From a virus (taxonomy: Duplodnaviria > Caudoviricetes), in the IMG/VR virus record IMGVR_UViG_3300025296_000083, positions 1 to 30,306 of that record: a stretch of 30,306 nucleotides of DNA; one strand, given 5' to 3'. The notes under the pieces were generated by a model that had not been told where the DNA came from, did no database searches, and worked only from the letters and a program-made list of their open reading frames with translations. Shown here one piece after another: positions 8,671-19,141 of this stretch. The translations under genes and the position numbers were made by a program. Each line of letters opens with the position of its first letter. Positions within the stretch are counted from its first letter, which is position 1.

Positions 8671-10327
8671 GATGGTCATAACGGCGGTGGACAAGTTCAC
8701 TAAGCCGCTTAAAAAAGCTACTGCTATGGTAAAAAAACTCGGATCAGTCGCCGCAGGGATTGGGAAGGGTTTAGCAAAAATAGCAGTTGGCATAGCGGCC
8801 ACAGTGGGAGCAGTATCACTTGTTGTTTCTAAATATGTTTCGATGCTCGACAAGATAGGCAAGACGGCAGAAAAACTTGGTATTGATCCCGAATTTTTAC
8901 AAAAACTAAGATTCGCCGCCGAACAAACGGGGGTAAAAGTCGAAGCCTTAGATATGGGTCTGCAAAGATTCATAAGAAGAACGGCAGAAGCCGCTAAAGG
9001 AACAGGAGAAGCAAAACAAGCTTTAAGTGATCTTGGTATAGCTTTATTCGACCAAAACAACCAACTAAGAAACATTGAAGAAGTGTTTTTTGATGTTGCA
9101 GATGCAATAGCCAACACAACCGACAGTGCCGAACAAGTTAGATTAGCCTTTAAATTTTTTGATTCAGAAGGTGTGGCTTTAGTGGCAACACTAAAAGAAG
9201 GTTCTGAGGGTTTACGCAATTTCTACCAAGAAGCTGAGAATTTAGGCATTATAATTAGTAGAGATACCATTAAAAAAGCCGAAAAAGCCGCAGACGCATT
9301 CAATAGGATCAAGAAACAAATCAACGCACTGGTTTCAGGAATTATAGGAGCCTTCTTACCTGCCTTAGAAGAGGTGTCTGGAAAATTGTCTACTGTTTTA
9401 GCAGACGCAAGAGATGTCGAAGGAACTTTTGATACATTAGGAGAGACAATATCTAATAAATTTGTTGTTGGATTGGCGAACTTAGTGGAGTCGTTTGGTG
9501 TCTTTCTTGATTTTGTTGACAGGGCATCAATTAAACTAGATATTTTAGGAAAAAAACTTGCAGTTGTTTTTGCCCCAAATCCGTTTGGATCAGTTAAAAA
9601 ATTACGGGAATTAGAGGAAGAACTACAAAAAAGGTTAGACGCAGTCGGAAAATTCGGAGACGAAGCCAAAAAAGCGGCGGATAAAATTCGCTTATTTTGG
9701 GAAGAATTGAAAACAGGCGAAGAAGAAACAGGTAAGTTAAAAGAAAAATTAGAAGAAACCATTATTTTATTCCCAGAGTTAGCAAAATCTGTTGAGGGTT
9801 TTGGTATAGGATTTAAAAAAGTATTTCAAAACAATGAAACAACTTTATTAAAATTTGAAAAATTAGGAGAAAGTGTAGCCAAAAAATTAGAAGATGGATT
9901 GGTTGATGCTTTTATGAATATCAGATCGGGAGTGGAAGGATTAAAAGATGTAATGGATCAAATTCTTAAAGACATAATTGCACAGTTAATTAGGGTGTTT
10001 ATAGTTCAAAAAGCAATAGGAGCAGTAACAGGTTTCTTTGGTGGTAAAACACCAACAGGAGAAGCAACGGGTGGACCCGTTCTTGGTGGTACTCCATACA
10101 TTGTAGGAGAGAGGGGGCCAGAATTATTCGTTCCACACGGCAACGGGACTATTGTTCCTAACAATCAGCTTGCAGGAGCAGGAGCAAACGTTAATGTGAG
10201 TTTTAATATTACGTCCTGGGATTCAAGAGATACTTTGCAAGCCATATCACAACAGGCTCCCGCTATTGTGGGAATCGTAGAACAATCATTTAGAAAGCGT
10301 GGACGTAGAGGGCCACTAGGGCCATGA
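8657..10327 (+). CDS. Tail tape measure protein
   Basis: ITAVDKFT start, long helical Ala/Lys/Glu-rich body, C-terminal ATGGPV..GTPYIVGERGPELFVP motif. Confidence 0.93.
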   Translation: MEKFKMVITAVDKFTKPLKKATAMVKKLGSVAAGIGKGLAKIAVGIAATVGAVSLVVSKYVSMLDKIGKTAEKLGIDPEFLQKLRFAAEQTGVKVEALDMGLQRFIRRTAEAAKGTGEAKQALSDLGIALFDQNNQLRNIEEVFFDVADAIANTTDSAEQVRLAFKFFDSEGVALVATLKEGSEGLRNFYQEAENLGIIISRDTIKKAEKAADAFNRIKKQINALVSGIIGAFLPALEEVSGKLSTVLADARDVEGTFDTLGETISNKFVVGLANLVESFGVFLDFVDRASIKLDILGKKLAVVFAPNPFGSVKKLRELEEELQKRLDAVGKFGDEAKKAADKIRLFWEELKTGEEETGKLKEKLEETIILFPELAKSVEGFGIGFKKVFQNNETTLLKFEKLGESVAKKLEDGLVDAFMNIRSGVEGLKDVMDQILKDIIAQLIRVFIVQKAIGAVTGFFGGKTPTGEATGGPVLGGTPYIVGERGPELFVPHGNGTIVPNNQLAGAGANVNVSFNITSWDSRDTLQAISQQAPAIVGIVEQSFRKRGRRGPLGP

Positions 10328-10926
10328 GTGGTACATTTCCTAGTACACCAACCCCAGAGTCGATTGAGGTTCAATCTATTGAACCGACTTTGGTTTCCGT
10401 TACCAGTAATCTAACCCGACAAGTACGTTCCAGGGGCGGTCAACGATGGGGATTTTCTGTTAGATTTGCTCCAATGACCAGAGCCAATTTTGACCCTATT
10501 TTTGCCTTTTCTGTAAAACAACGGGGCCAGTATGAGACGTTTACCTGGGTTCCAACCACTATAGGAACTACTAGCGGAGTGACCACTGAATCTCCAGTAG
10601 TAGATGGAGCCGCCAGTGTTGGAGCCAGTTCTTGTTCAGTTGATGGCTTAACAGTCTCAACATCAAGCATTTTAAAAACAGGAGATTTCTTTAAATTCTC
10701 AGGCCAAAATAAAATTTATATGTGTACTGCCGATATGGGTAGTGACGGATCGGGAGATGCGACTTTGAATTTCGCTCCGAAGTTAGCAACTGCGGTAGCT
10801 GATAATGAAACAATTACGATAAACAGTGTGCCTTTTAATGTCTCTTTTAGTTCAGATATTAGAAGTTACGCTACCAATGCAACAGCATATTATTCATACG
10901 AAATAGAGTTGGTTGAGGTTGCGTAA
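10324..10926 (+). CDS. Distal tail protein (Dit)-like
   Basis: ATGA overlap with the tape measure gene; RQVRSRGGQRWGFSVRFAPM, QRGQYETF and LKTGDFFKF pattern; synteny. Confidence 0.75.
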   Translation: MSGTFPSTPTPESIEVQSIEPTLVSVTSNLTRQVRSRGGQRWGFSVRFAPMTRANFDPIFAFSVKQRGQYETFTWVPTTIGTTSGVTTESPVVDGAASVGASSCSVDGLTVSTSSILKTGDFFKFSGQNKIYMCTADMGSDGSGDATLNFAPKLATAVADNETITINSVPFNVSFSSDIRSYATNATAYYSYEIELVEVA

Positions 10927-12689
10927 TGACAAACAGGGGGAGTACATCTGCCTTTCAAACAGAGATCGTTAAAAGCCAGAACCAACCAATACATCTAGTT
11001 AAAATATATTTTGATTCCCCAACGGGAACTCAATATTTAACGGATTCATTTATTCCCATTACCTACGATTCCAATACTTATTCTCCATTGGGATATTTTT
11101 TAAGTTTCAGTGATATAGAAGAAACAACGCAATTAATAATTAACAGCTTAACTTTAAGTATCTCAGGGGTGGATCAGGTTTATATTAATCACGTTTTATC
11201 AGAACGCTTCATTGACCGAAAGGTGGTTATTTATAAAGGTTTTTTAAGTACCTCAGACGATTCACTAATTGCTGATCCTGTTTTAATTTTTCAAGGCAAC
11301 ATGAATACCCCTTCAATTCACGAAGCGGAAAATGAAGGTATGTCCACTGTTTCAATATCCGTAGCCAATCAGTTTGTTGATTTTGAAAAAACATCAGGTC
11401 GTTACACCAACCAGGCATCACAACAGTCAGTTTACCCAGGGGATTTAGGCTTTAACTATGCGTCTGAAATAATCAAAGACATAGTGTGGGGAGCAGAGTT
11501 TGATCCAGGAACCAGGGTAACGGGAGCAGGAAGTTTAGCGGGAGAATTTGGTTCGGTTATTGATACCAGGGATGTAGGCTCAGAAGAAATTTACGATTTA
11601 GATTTAGTCGGTAACAACGTCACGATTAACGATGATGAAACGGCTACTGTTTATGACATAGACCATAATGTCGTAGTTGACGATGTAATAGTTATAACAA
11701 ACGCTACAGGTACTTACATGGACGATTTAAACGGAACTCATGTCGTAGTATCAATCGGGTCAAACAGTTGGGACATCCCTTTTATCAGTTCCCCTGTCAT
11801 TGTTCCCTATGAAGGTGGAGCAGAAATTCAAGTTAATGATGAATCAATATCCCCTGGTATAACGACAGTCGATACCAGTAATAAAACAAATCAAATAATA
11901 ATTCCCTCAAAAGAAGGGGCGATTAAAAATAAAATTCATCCAGGCGTAACAGTGACCATAGAAGACGCTGATAGTGTGGGTGGTATTCCTGCTGATAATA
12001 TAAATGATAGTCATGCGGTGGTAGAGGTTAACGATACAAATTATGTAATAGAAATCGTAGAAGATGTTGAGACTACGGCTCCACCTATAAGCACTGACAC
12101 TTCGGTTACGGATGCAGTAACAGTCAACGAAACCGATCATGGTCTATCTACTGGCGATTCGGTAGTGATTGCAGGATCAACCGATGTCGGTGGCGTTCCT
12201 GCGGATGAAATTAACGATACTCATACAGTAGGAGATGTTATTGATATAAACTCTTTTGAAATAGCGGTAACAACCGAACCCACCTCAACTGTTACTTATG
12301 GCGGCGGGGCCAGTGTTACTTTTGATGCGGTTGATCCTAAACCACCACCGATCTCAACAACTTCTTCTTCGGCTACTGTTACTGTTTATCAAACAGGACA
12401 CGGCTTAGTGGTGGATGATACCTTTTCAATAGCAGGGACAATGGATGTGGGTGGCATTCCTCAAAATGTTTTAAATGATAATCACACAGTGGTCAGCGTT
12501 CCAGACACCAACAGCGTTACCTTTACAGCTTCCGAGACAGCTACGGAAACAACAACGGGTGGTGGTAAACAGGTCATTATTAAATTACCCGTTAAGGCCA
12601 CCAGTGCAACAACAGGCGGTGGGCCTAATATAAAAACACAGCTTCCTGTCAAAAATAAAAAGCCGTTTTCAGCTTCGAGTACAGCATGA
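10926..12689 (+). CDS. Tail-tip hub protein (gpL/DUF2163-like N-terminus) with four C-terminal beta repeats
   Basis: First ~190 aa: YLTD, LTLSISGVDQ, DPVLIFQG, GRYTNQASQQSVYPGDLGFNY, IVWG. Then repeats of HGL..GD.V.I.G..DVGG.P...IND.H.V. Confidence 0.7.
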   Translation: MTNRGSTSAFQTEIVKSQNQPIHLVKIYFDSPTGTQYLTDSFIPITYDSNTYSPLGYFLSFSDIEETTQLIINSLTLSISGVDQVYINHVLSERFIDRKVVIYKGFLSTSDDSLIADPVLIFQGNMNTPSIHEAENEGMSTVSISVANQFVDFEKTSGRYTNQASQQSVYPGDLGFNYASEIIKDIVWGAEFDPGTRVTGAGSLAGEFGSVIDTRDVGSEEIYDLDLVGNNVTINDDETATVYDIDHNVVVDDVIVITNATGTYMDDLNGTHVVVSIGSNSWDIPFISSPVIVPYEGGAEIQVNDESISPGITTVDTSNKTNQIIIPSKEGAIKNKIHPGVTVTIEDADSVGGIPADNINDSHAVVEVNDTNYVIEIVEDVETTAPPISTDTSVTDAVTVNETDHGLSTGDSVVIAGSTDVGGVPADEINDTHTVGDVIDINSFEIAVTTEPTSTVTYGGGASVTFDAVDPKPPPISTTSSSATVTVYQTGHGLVVDDTFSIAGTMDVGGIPQNVLNDNHTVVSVPDTNSVTFTASETATETTTGGGKQVIIKLPVKATSATTGGGPNIKTQLPVKNKKPFSASSTA

Positions 12690-15600
12690 GTTGGATTTGG
12701 AGTGCAATAGTTAATGCCGCTTACTGGATAGCAGTAAGGCTTATGGGAGCGGGTGTGGGGTCAACACTAGCCGTAGCTATTGGTTATGTGGTTGCGGGAA
12801 CTGCCGCCATCGGGGCGGCAAAATGGTTGGGTGGTTATTTAAGCAAGATTCCAGACATAGGGTTAGGACAACAAGGGGCCACGATACTTGCAAATGCTCC
12901 GTCTAATACGGCTCCCATACCCGTTGTCTATGGGGCAAGAAGAGTGGGTGGAACTAGGATATTTATGGGAACCTCAAACGGCTATGACGATGATGGAATT
13001 GTGCAAACTCATAATGCTTATCTCAATATGGTATTTGCATTGTGTGAAGGCCCAATTTCAGAAATTACAGCAGTTTATTTAAACAACGTAGAGGCGTGGC
13101 CCAATAAAGACCCCAGGTTTGAAATACACAATACGGGTGGAACCAATAAAGAATTTTGTTACATAGAGCCGCAGGTTGGAACAGAGGATCAAACTGTTTC
13201 TCAAGAATTAAAATATGTAGCGGGGTTCGGCGGTGGCACTTGGAGTTGGACAGACGATTATAGATTAAGGGGTGTTGCTTACGTTTATGTAAGACTTCAA
13301 TATGACCCCGAAACATGGGCCTCTGGTGTTCCAACTGTTTCTGTAGATATAAAAGGAAAAAGGGTTCAAGACCCCAGACAAACGGCTACTTCTGACGGCT
13401 TACCCATTGAGAGGTTTTCAAACAACCCTGCTCTCTGTATTCGTGATTATTTAATTAGTAGCAACTACGGAAGGGCCATTGATTCAACTTTAATTGATGA
13501 TACTACTTTTGAATCTGCCGCCGATTATTGTGATGAAGTGGTTACTTTTACTCAGACTGTCAGTGGTACTTATTCCGAGGTATCTCAAAAAAGATATACC
13601 TTAAACGGAGTTATTAATACAGCAGAAACAAGCATAAACATTCTCGATAAAATGCTAACTTCTTGTAGAGGGTCTTTAATCTTTAGCGGTGGTAAGTACA
13701 AATTAATATTGGATAAACCCACAACTGCCGCCCTTACTTTTGATGAATCAAACATCATGCCCGATTATGAAATTATATTGGGTGGTAAAGAAACTTTAGC
13801 TAACAAAGTAACAGCAGAATTTTTTAATCCTGATCGGGAATGGCAAGCGGATTTCTCTATAGTTGAATCCTCAAGTTATAAAGAATTCGACAACGATTTA
13901 CTCTTACACAAAAAAATAGAACTGCCCTTTACGGCAGATATGCTCATGGCTAAATACATAGCCAATCAGAATTTAAAAATATCACGACAAAACGTAATGA
14001 TTAATTTTAAAACCACCCAGGACGGATTGTTAGCAGAAGTAGGAGACACGATTTACATTAAATTAGCGAGTCCTGGTTGGGACACAATTAACGCAGGAGC
14101 AGGAAAGATATTTAGAGTTTTACAGATTGGAATAGAAGCCACCGATGAAATAAATATAACGGCAGTAGAATACGACAGTGAAGTTTACACAGTGGCGGCG
14201 GCTTCCTGGGAAGGCTCTCCCAATACTCAGCTTCCTTCTCTTCATTCCGTCCTGGCTCCCGCTAATATTACAGTCAGTGAAGAATTATTATTTAACAATC
14301 CAAAAATAACCAATCGTATATCAATCAGTTGGGATAAATCTTTATCCCCGTTTGTCTCTGCTTATGACATAGCTTATAAAAAATTAAATGATGAAGATTT
14401 AATTAATGTAGGAGATGTCAACGGAACCCAATTTAATATTGATAATTTAAAGCCTGGGGTTTATACCTTCAACGTGAGGGCCAGAAACAATCCTGGTTTC
14501 ACTTCAACCTATGCCGCTAAACTCTTTACAGTCAAAGGAACTTCTGTCCTTCCTGCCATTAATCCACCTGGTATCACGGGTGTAACCGAAGTATTGACCA
14601 GTTCTTTTGTTGGGTCGGGAGTAAAGGCCAAAGCGACTTTATCTTGGGTGGCGGTAGCGAATGCAGATTGGGAAGCGTTAGGAATTACTATTGACCATTA
14701 TGAAGTGCAATTCAAACTTACTTCTGAAAGTACCACCTGGGAATCGCCAGGTACTTCAACAGGAACTTTCTTTGAGTTTTTTGATATAACACCTGGTAAC
14801 TATAATTTCAGAGTTAAAGCAGTTAATGATGCCAATATAGCCAGTGCTTATGCTGAAACCACAGCAGAAATAACAGGTTTAACGGCGGCTCCTGCTGATG
14901 TAACCAATTTCTATTTACGAGTCGATAGTAACGAAGCCAGTTTATCCTGGACTCCTGCAACCGATCTGGATGTGAAGGTAGGTGGTACGTTTGAAATAAG
15001 ACATTCAGACGTTACCAGTGGGGCCACCTGGGAGCAATCAATACAAATAGGAGAGGATGTAAGCGGTATCAGTAACAGTGTGGTTATGCCGTTATTAAAA
15101 GGAACGTATTTAATTAAAGCAGTTGATTCAACGGGACACAAATCAGACAGTGCTACCACGATAGTTAATACCATCTCCCCTCAACTTTTTGACTACAGAT
15201 CATTTGGTACCATTACCGATACCACTTTCGCAGGGACTAAAACAAATATGATTGTGGATGATGATACAGGTTATCTAAAATTTGAAGCCGATACCTTAAT
15301 TGATTCCATGACAACTGACATAGATGATTGGGGATTGTTCGATTCGATTGGTGGGGTTGATACTTCTGGCTCTTATGAATTTGCCGACAAGATAGACGTT
15401 GAAGTGGTGGGGTCAGTTAATCTAAACGGAGCCATTACTTTTACTGTTGTTAATCGCTCCGACTTATGGGATTTAAGAGAAGGCAATATAGATACCTGGT
15501 TATCCATTGATGCAACAGATTTTGATAATGTATTGGCTCAACTGTATGTGGCAACGACCAACGATGATCCTGCCAGTGGTGGGGCCACTTGGAGTGGTTG

Positions 15601-15949
15601 GCAATTATTCACTATAGGAAACTACCACGGAAGAGGATTTAAGTTTAAACTCGAAGCGTCAACTGCTGATAACAATTATCAAATTAATGTCAGTCAGTTG
15701 AAAGCGGTTGCCGATATTTATTATCGAATACAAGCTGAAAGTTCTGGTATTGATGCGGGTGGTTCTACGATTACGTTTGACACTTCATTTAGAGCGACAC
15801 CCGTTCTAGGAATAGCGGCTCAGAATATGGCTACAGGAGATTACTACACCCTTACCGGTTTAAGCAAAACAGGCTTCACGTTGCAGTTCTTTAACTCAAG
15901 CGGCACAGGAGTCGCTAGAACTGCTGATTATATTGCACGGGGTTATTGA
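12686..15949 (+). CDS. Central tail fibre / host-specificity protein J-like with FN3 domains
   Basis: PIPVVYG.RRVGG, ALCEGPI, LRGVAY, NPALCIRDYL, EVGD; FN3-like LKPGVYTFNVRARN and ITPGNYNFRVKAVN; GTYLIKAVD. Confidence 0.9.
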   Translation: MSWIWSAIVNAAYWIAVRLMGAGVGSTLAVAIGYVVAGTAAIGAAKWLGGYLSKIPDIGLGQQGATILANAPSNTAPIPVVYGARRVGGTRIFMGTSNGYDDDGIVQTHNAYLNMVFALCEGPISEITAVYLNNVEAWPNKDPRFEIHNTGGTNKEFCYIEPQVGTEDQTVSQELKYVAGFGGGTWSWTDDYRLRGVAYVYVRLQYDPETWASGVPTVSVDIKGKRVQDPRQTATSDGLPIERFSNNPALCIRDYLISSNYGRAIDSTLIDDTTFESAADYCDEVVTFTQTVSGTYSEVSQKRYTLNGVINTAETSINILDKMLTSCRGSLIFSGGKYKLILDKPTTAALTFDESNIMPDYEIILGGKETLANKVTAEFFNPDREWQADFSIVESSSYKEFDNDLLLHKKIELPFTADMLMAKYIANQNLKISRQNVMINFKTTQDGLLAEVGDTIYIKLASPGWDTINAGAGKIFRVLQIGIEATDEINITAVEYDSEVYTVAAASWEGSPNTQLPSLHSVLAPANITVSEELLFNNPKITNRISISWDKSLSPFVSAYDIAYKKLNDEDLINVGDVNGTQFNIDNLKPGVYTFNVRARNNPGFTSTYAAKLFTVKGTSVLPAINPPGITGVTEVLTSSFVGSGVKAKATLSWVAVANADWEALGITIDHYEVQFKLTSESTTWESPGTSTGTFFEFFDITPGNYNFRVKAVNDANIASAYAETTAEITGLTAAPADVTNFYLRVDSNEASLSWTPATDLDVKVGGTFEIRHSDVTSGATWEQSIQIGEDVSGISNSVVMPLLKGTYLIKAVDSTGHKSDSATTIVNTISPQLFDYRSFGTITDTTFAGTKTNMIVDDDTGYLKFEADTLIDSMTTDIDDWGLFDSIGGVDTSGSYEFADKIDVEVVGSVNLNGAITFTVVNRSDLWDLREGNIDTWLSIDATDFDNVLAQLYVATTNDDPASGGATWSGWQLFTIGNYHGRGFKFKLEASTADNNYQINVSQLKAVADIYYRIQAESSGIDAGGSTITFDTSFRATPVLGIAAQNMATGDYYTLTGLSKTGFTLQFFNSSGTGVARTADYIARGY

Positions 15950-15973
15950 CAATTCAACTATGGAACTTAAGGT
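15946..15973 (+). promoter_or_regulatory. Putative promoter, copy 2 of conserved motif (TTGACA-N16-TAAGGT)
   Basis: TTGAC-aattcaact-ATGGAACTTAAGGT overlapping the J stop codon, upstream of the fibre gene. Confidence 0.65.
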
Positions 15974-16012
15974 AATTAATCGTAAATTTACAAACACTAA
16001 AAGGAACTTTTA

Positions 16013-17884
16013 ATGGCTCAACATGATTACGTTATAGCTAATGCCAACGGGGCCACAGTTAGAGCAGATATAAACAATGCCCTGTTAGCAATCAGTTCAA
16101 CCAACTCTGGAACCTCGGAACCTTCCACCATGTACGCATTCATGCTATGGGTGGACACAACTAATAATTTATTAAAACTCAGGAATGCGGCTAACAATGC
16201 CTGGATCACTTTAGGCTTATCAGTCACAGCTTCTAATACAGTCGATATAAATGGTGGAGCAATAGACGGAACGGCGATAGGAGCGTCCAGTGCAACCACA
16301 GGGGCATTTACCACTTTAACGACAACCGACAACCTAAGTATTGGTGGTAGTAACAAAGAATTAAGATTTTACGAAGGCTCTAACTATGTTGGCTTTGAGG
16401 CCCCCGCCCTAACAGGCGATCAAATATGGATTTTACCCATAGAAGATGGAGATGCAGACCAGGTACTAGCAACCAATGGATCGGGTACTCTTTCGTTTGC
16501 TACAGCGAGTGGTACTACAATTAATAACAATGCAGACAATCGCGTAATAACAGGTAGTGGCACAGCAAATACATTAAATGGAGAAACTAATTTAACTTTC
16601 GATGGTTCTACTTTAACTGTTAGTGGGAATGTTTCAGTCGATAGTGGAACCATTAAACTTGATGGAAACTACCCAACAGGAACAAGCAACATAGCACTAG
16701 GAGATACCGCTTTAGACGATGGCAGTTTAAGCGGTGGTTATAATAGTGCCGTGGGTTCTGGTGCTTTATCGGCTTGCACATCAGGATCAGATAATGTCGC
16801 CGTCGGTTTTGATGCTTTAAAACTAAATACAACAACTTCAGCTAATACAGCATGTGGATCAGAAGCATTAAGAGCTAATATTGGAAATAGTAATACTGCT
16901 GTCGGCAACGAAGCTATGTATGGAAACACGTCAGGCACTCTTTGTACTGCTGTTGGTGCTTTAGCTTTAGATGCTGTTAATACGGGCGAATCTAACACCG
17001 CAATTGGGGCCGGAGCTATGACTGTAAATACCTCAGGTGCTTTTAATACATCCGTTGGTGGTGCGTCTTTAGCGGCAAATAGCACAGCTTCATATAATGT
17101 TGCTACGGGATATCAAGCGTTAGAACAAAATTCGTCAGGGCATAGTAATGTGGCCATCGGGGTGGCCGCTATGAACGCCTGCAGTACGGGAACTCATAAC
17201 GTAGCAGTTGGTCGTGGTTCTTTAGACGCTTTAACAGACAGTGCATTAAATGTCGGAGTTGGTCATAATGCTCTTGGTGGACTTACTACTGGCGATTTTA
17301 ATGTCGGAATTGGTTCAGATACAGGCAATTACACTGTGATCCTTACAACCGGTACTAGAAATATATGTATGGGTAGTTATTCACATACTTCGGCTTCTGG
17401 TTCTATAAATCAACATGTTTTTGGTTATAACGTAGTAGGAGCAGGAGACTCGACTTTTACGTTTGGATACAACCAAACTGATTCTTCCATAGCCTTTGGT
17501 GCTACTTCTATTACTGCTCCTTCTGATGTAAGACTTAAAGAAGATATCCAAGACGAAAAAGTTGGTTTAGATTTTATTAACGAACTAAGACCAGTTACTT
17601 TTAGATGGAAGAAGGAAAAAGATATATCTGAAGAACTGAGTGCATATAAAGCTGATTCTGAAGAAAGAACCATGAATGGTAAATATAATCATGGTTTCAT
17701 AGCACAAGAAGTTAAAGAAGTTATAGATAATAACCCAGATATTAAAGAAGGCTTTGATATGTGGTATGAAGATGATTTTGATGGCAGACAGAGAATAGGC
17801 GAAAGTGCTTTAGTTCCTATGCTTGTAAAATCAATCCAAGAACTTTCAGCAAAAGTCGAAGATTTAGAAAATAATAAGGAGTAA
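16013..17884 (+). CDS. Tail fibre/spike with beta-roll repeats and C-terminal intramolecular chaperone (peptidase S74)
   Basis: MAQHDYVIANANGATVRADIN anchor; ~14-aa N.A.G..AL repeats; SDVRLKEDI, GLDFINELRPVTFRW, GFIAQEV and a terminal coiled coil. Confidence 0.92.
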   Translation: MAQHDYVIANANGATVRADINNALLAISSTNSGTSEPSTMYAFMLWVDTTNNLLKLRNAANNAWITLGLSVTASNTVDINGGAIDGTAIGASSATTGAFTTLTTTDNLSIGGSNKELRFYEGSNYVGFEAPALTGDQIWILPIEDGDADQVLATNGSGTLSFATASGTTINNNADNRVITGSGTANTLNGETNLTFDGSTLTVSGNVSVDSGTIKLDGNYPTGTSNIALGDTALDDGSLSGGYNSAVGSGALSACTSGSDNVAVGFDALKLNTTTSANTACGSEALRANIGNSNTAVGNEAMYGNTSGTLCTAVGALALDAVNTGESNTAIGAGAMTVNTSGAFNTSVGGASLAANSTASYNVATGYQALEQNSSGHSNVAIGVAAMNACSTGTHNVAVGRGSLDALTDSALNVGVGHNALGGLTTGDFNVGIGSDTGNYTVILTTGTRNICMGSYSHTSASGSINQHVFGYNVVGAGDSTFTFGYNQTDSSIAFGATSITAPSDVRLKEDIQDEKVGLDFINELRPVTFRWKKEKDISEELSAYKADSEERTMNGKYNHGFIAQEVKEVIDNNPDIKEGFDMWYEDDFDGRQRIGESALVPMLVKSIQELSAKVEDLENNKE

Positions 17885-17887
17885 AAA

Positions 17888-18235
17888 ATGGCAGTAACGA
17901 AAACCCTAACCACAGCGATACCCTATAAGTTAAACAGTAAGGTACAACAGTGGGATTTGGGTATGACGTACAATCAGGGCAGTAAAAGTGCAAGTCCCGC
18001 GACTTACTATGAAAGTAGCTTTAATACGAGCATCCCTGCGAGTTATGCGGATGCAGATGGCGAGACTGTAAATAACTTCACACCCAAAGCGGTAGGCAGT
18101 TGGACTTTAGCTGAATTGACGGCTTTATGCCCTACGTCAACGTGGGATGACATATTTGCAAGTCAGTACGACAGCGTAATCACGAATCCCCCTGACAATC
18201 CAGTACCCGACCCAGATTACGTTATTCCAGAGTAA
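17888..18235 (+). CDS. Hypothetical protein (possible fibre-associated)
   Basis: AAGGAG RBS; 115 aa; directly after the fibre gene. Confidence 0.6.
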   Translation: MAVTKTLTTAIPYKLNSKVQQWDLGMTYNQGSKSASPATYYESSFNTSIPASYADADGETVNNFTPKAVGSWTLAELTALCPTSTWDDIFASQYDSVITNPPDNPVPDPDYVIPE

Positions 18236-18258
18236 GGACTCATAATAAGGAGAGAATT

Positions 18259-18495
18259 ATGAACGACAGAATTGAATTTGATATTGAACTTCCTAATGGA
18301 GAAGAAACTGAAACCATTAACTCAGTTGATTTAAACGATGAACAGTATGCGTTGGCTACTCAAATGCAACAAATACAAATCCAGGTACAAAATCTAGCGG
18401 CTTCGGTTAATGAATACACCATGAAACAAGATCATTTCAGATTGAAACAAAAAGAATTAATGGAATTACTAGAAAATCAGGAAGATGGAAGTTAA
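18259..18495 (+). CDS. Hypothetical acidic coiled-coil protein
   Basis: AAGGAGAG RBS; Gln/Glu-rich heptads. Confidence 0.65.
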   Translation: MNDRIEFDIELPNGEETETINSVDLNDEQYALATQMQQIQIQVQNLAASVNEYTMKQDHFRLKQKELMELLENQEDGS

Positions 18496-18748
18496 TGCGT
18501 ATCTAATATGGAACGTGGTCGTGACCCTAGTATTGGCTCCGATTTGGTTTTCAATACGCCGAAACGAAAAGATGATTGATGAAGCCAAAACTTCGATATC
18601 ACACGGACAAATAGAGGTAGCTAAATTGTATGTAACAAAAAGAGACCTGGCAGAAGATGTGTCCAGGATATTAACTCAACAAACTTCAATTATAGATTCA
18701 ATAAATCGTTTAGATGCAAAGGTAGATTCTTTATTACTGGAAAAGTAA
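18485..18748 (+). CDS. Single-TM coiled-coil membrane protein (lysis-module, holin/antiholin-like)
   Basis: N-terminal TM YLIWNVVVTLVLAPIWFSI followed by RR; YVTKRDL and INRLDAKVD coiled coil; upstream of the holin. Confidence 0.6.
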   Translation: MEVNAYLIWNVVVTLVLAPIWFSIRRNEKMIDEAKTSISHGQIEVAKLYVTKRDLAEDVSRILTQQTSIIDSINRLDAKVDSLLLEK

Positions 18749-19141
18749 ATGAGTATCGCTGAATCCGTTATCGGAATCGCTGATAAAGTATTGGGAAAAT
18801 TCATTCCCGATAAGACTTTAAGAGATCAACTTCGCCATGAAATGAACATGGCCTTTCATGAAGCTAATTTGGCTCAAGTGGAAGTTAATAAACAGGAAGC
18901 GGCAAGCCAAAATATGTTCGTTGCGGGATGGCGGCCCTCAGTGGGTTGGATATGTTCAATCTCAATGGCCTATCACTTTATTGTTCAACCTCTTTTGGTG
19001 TTCATTTTAAAAGCCAACGGAATTGAGGTTGATTTACCTGAGTTTGAATTTGCACAGCTTTCAACAATTCTGATGGGGATGTTGGGCCTGGGTGGTTTGA
19101 GAACGTATGAAAAAATGCAAGGGGTTAGTAGGGAAAAATGA
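18749..19141 (+). CDS. Holin (3TM, GTA-holin-like family)
   Basis: DKVLGKFIPD, EVNKQEA, FVAGWRPSVGWIC and LMGMLGLGGLRTYEK signature. Confidence 0.88.
   Translation: MSIAESVIGIADKVLGKFIPDKTLRDQLRHEMNMAFHEANLAQVEVNKQEAASQNMFVAGWRPSVGWICSISMAYHFIVQPLLVFILKANGIEVDLPEFEFAQLSTILMGMLGLGGLRTYEKMQGVSREK

Noticed and set aside
16640-17400. Diversity-generating retroelement or invertible fibre cassette
   Set aside because: No reverse transcriptase, no near-identical TR/VR pair noticed and no active invertase; the repeats are protein-level and degenerate in DNA.
1213-17913. Antisense and alternate-frame ORFs inside structural genes (e.g. 3803-4276, 5227-5583, 8641-9219, 9223-9762, 16027-16356)
   Set aside because: They lie within well-supported genes, show no recognisable motifs, and are expected shadows of codon bias.
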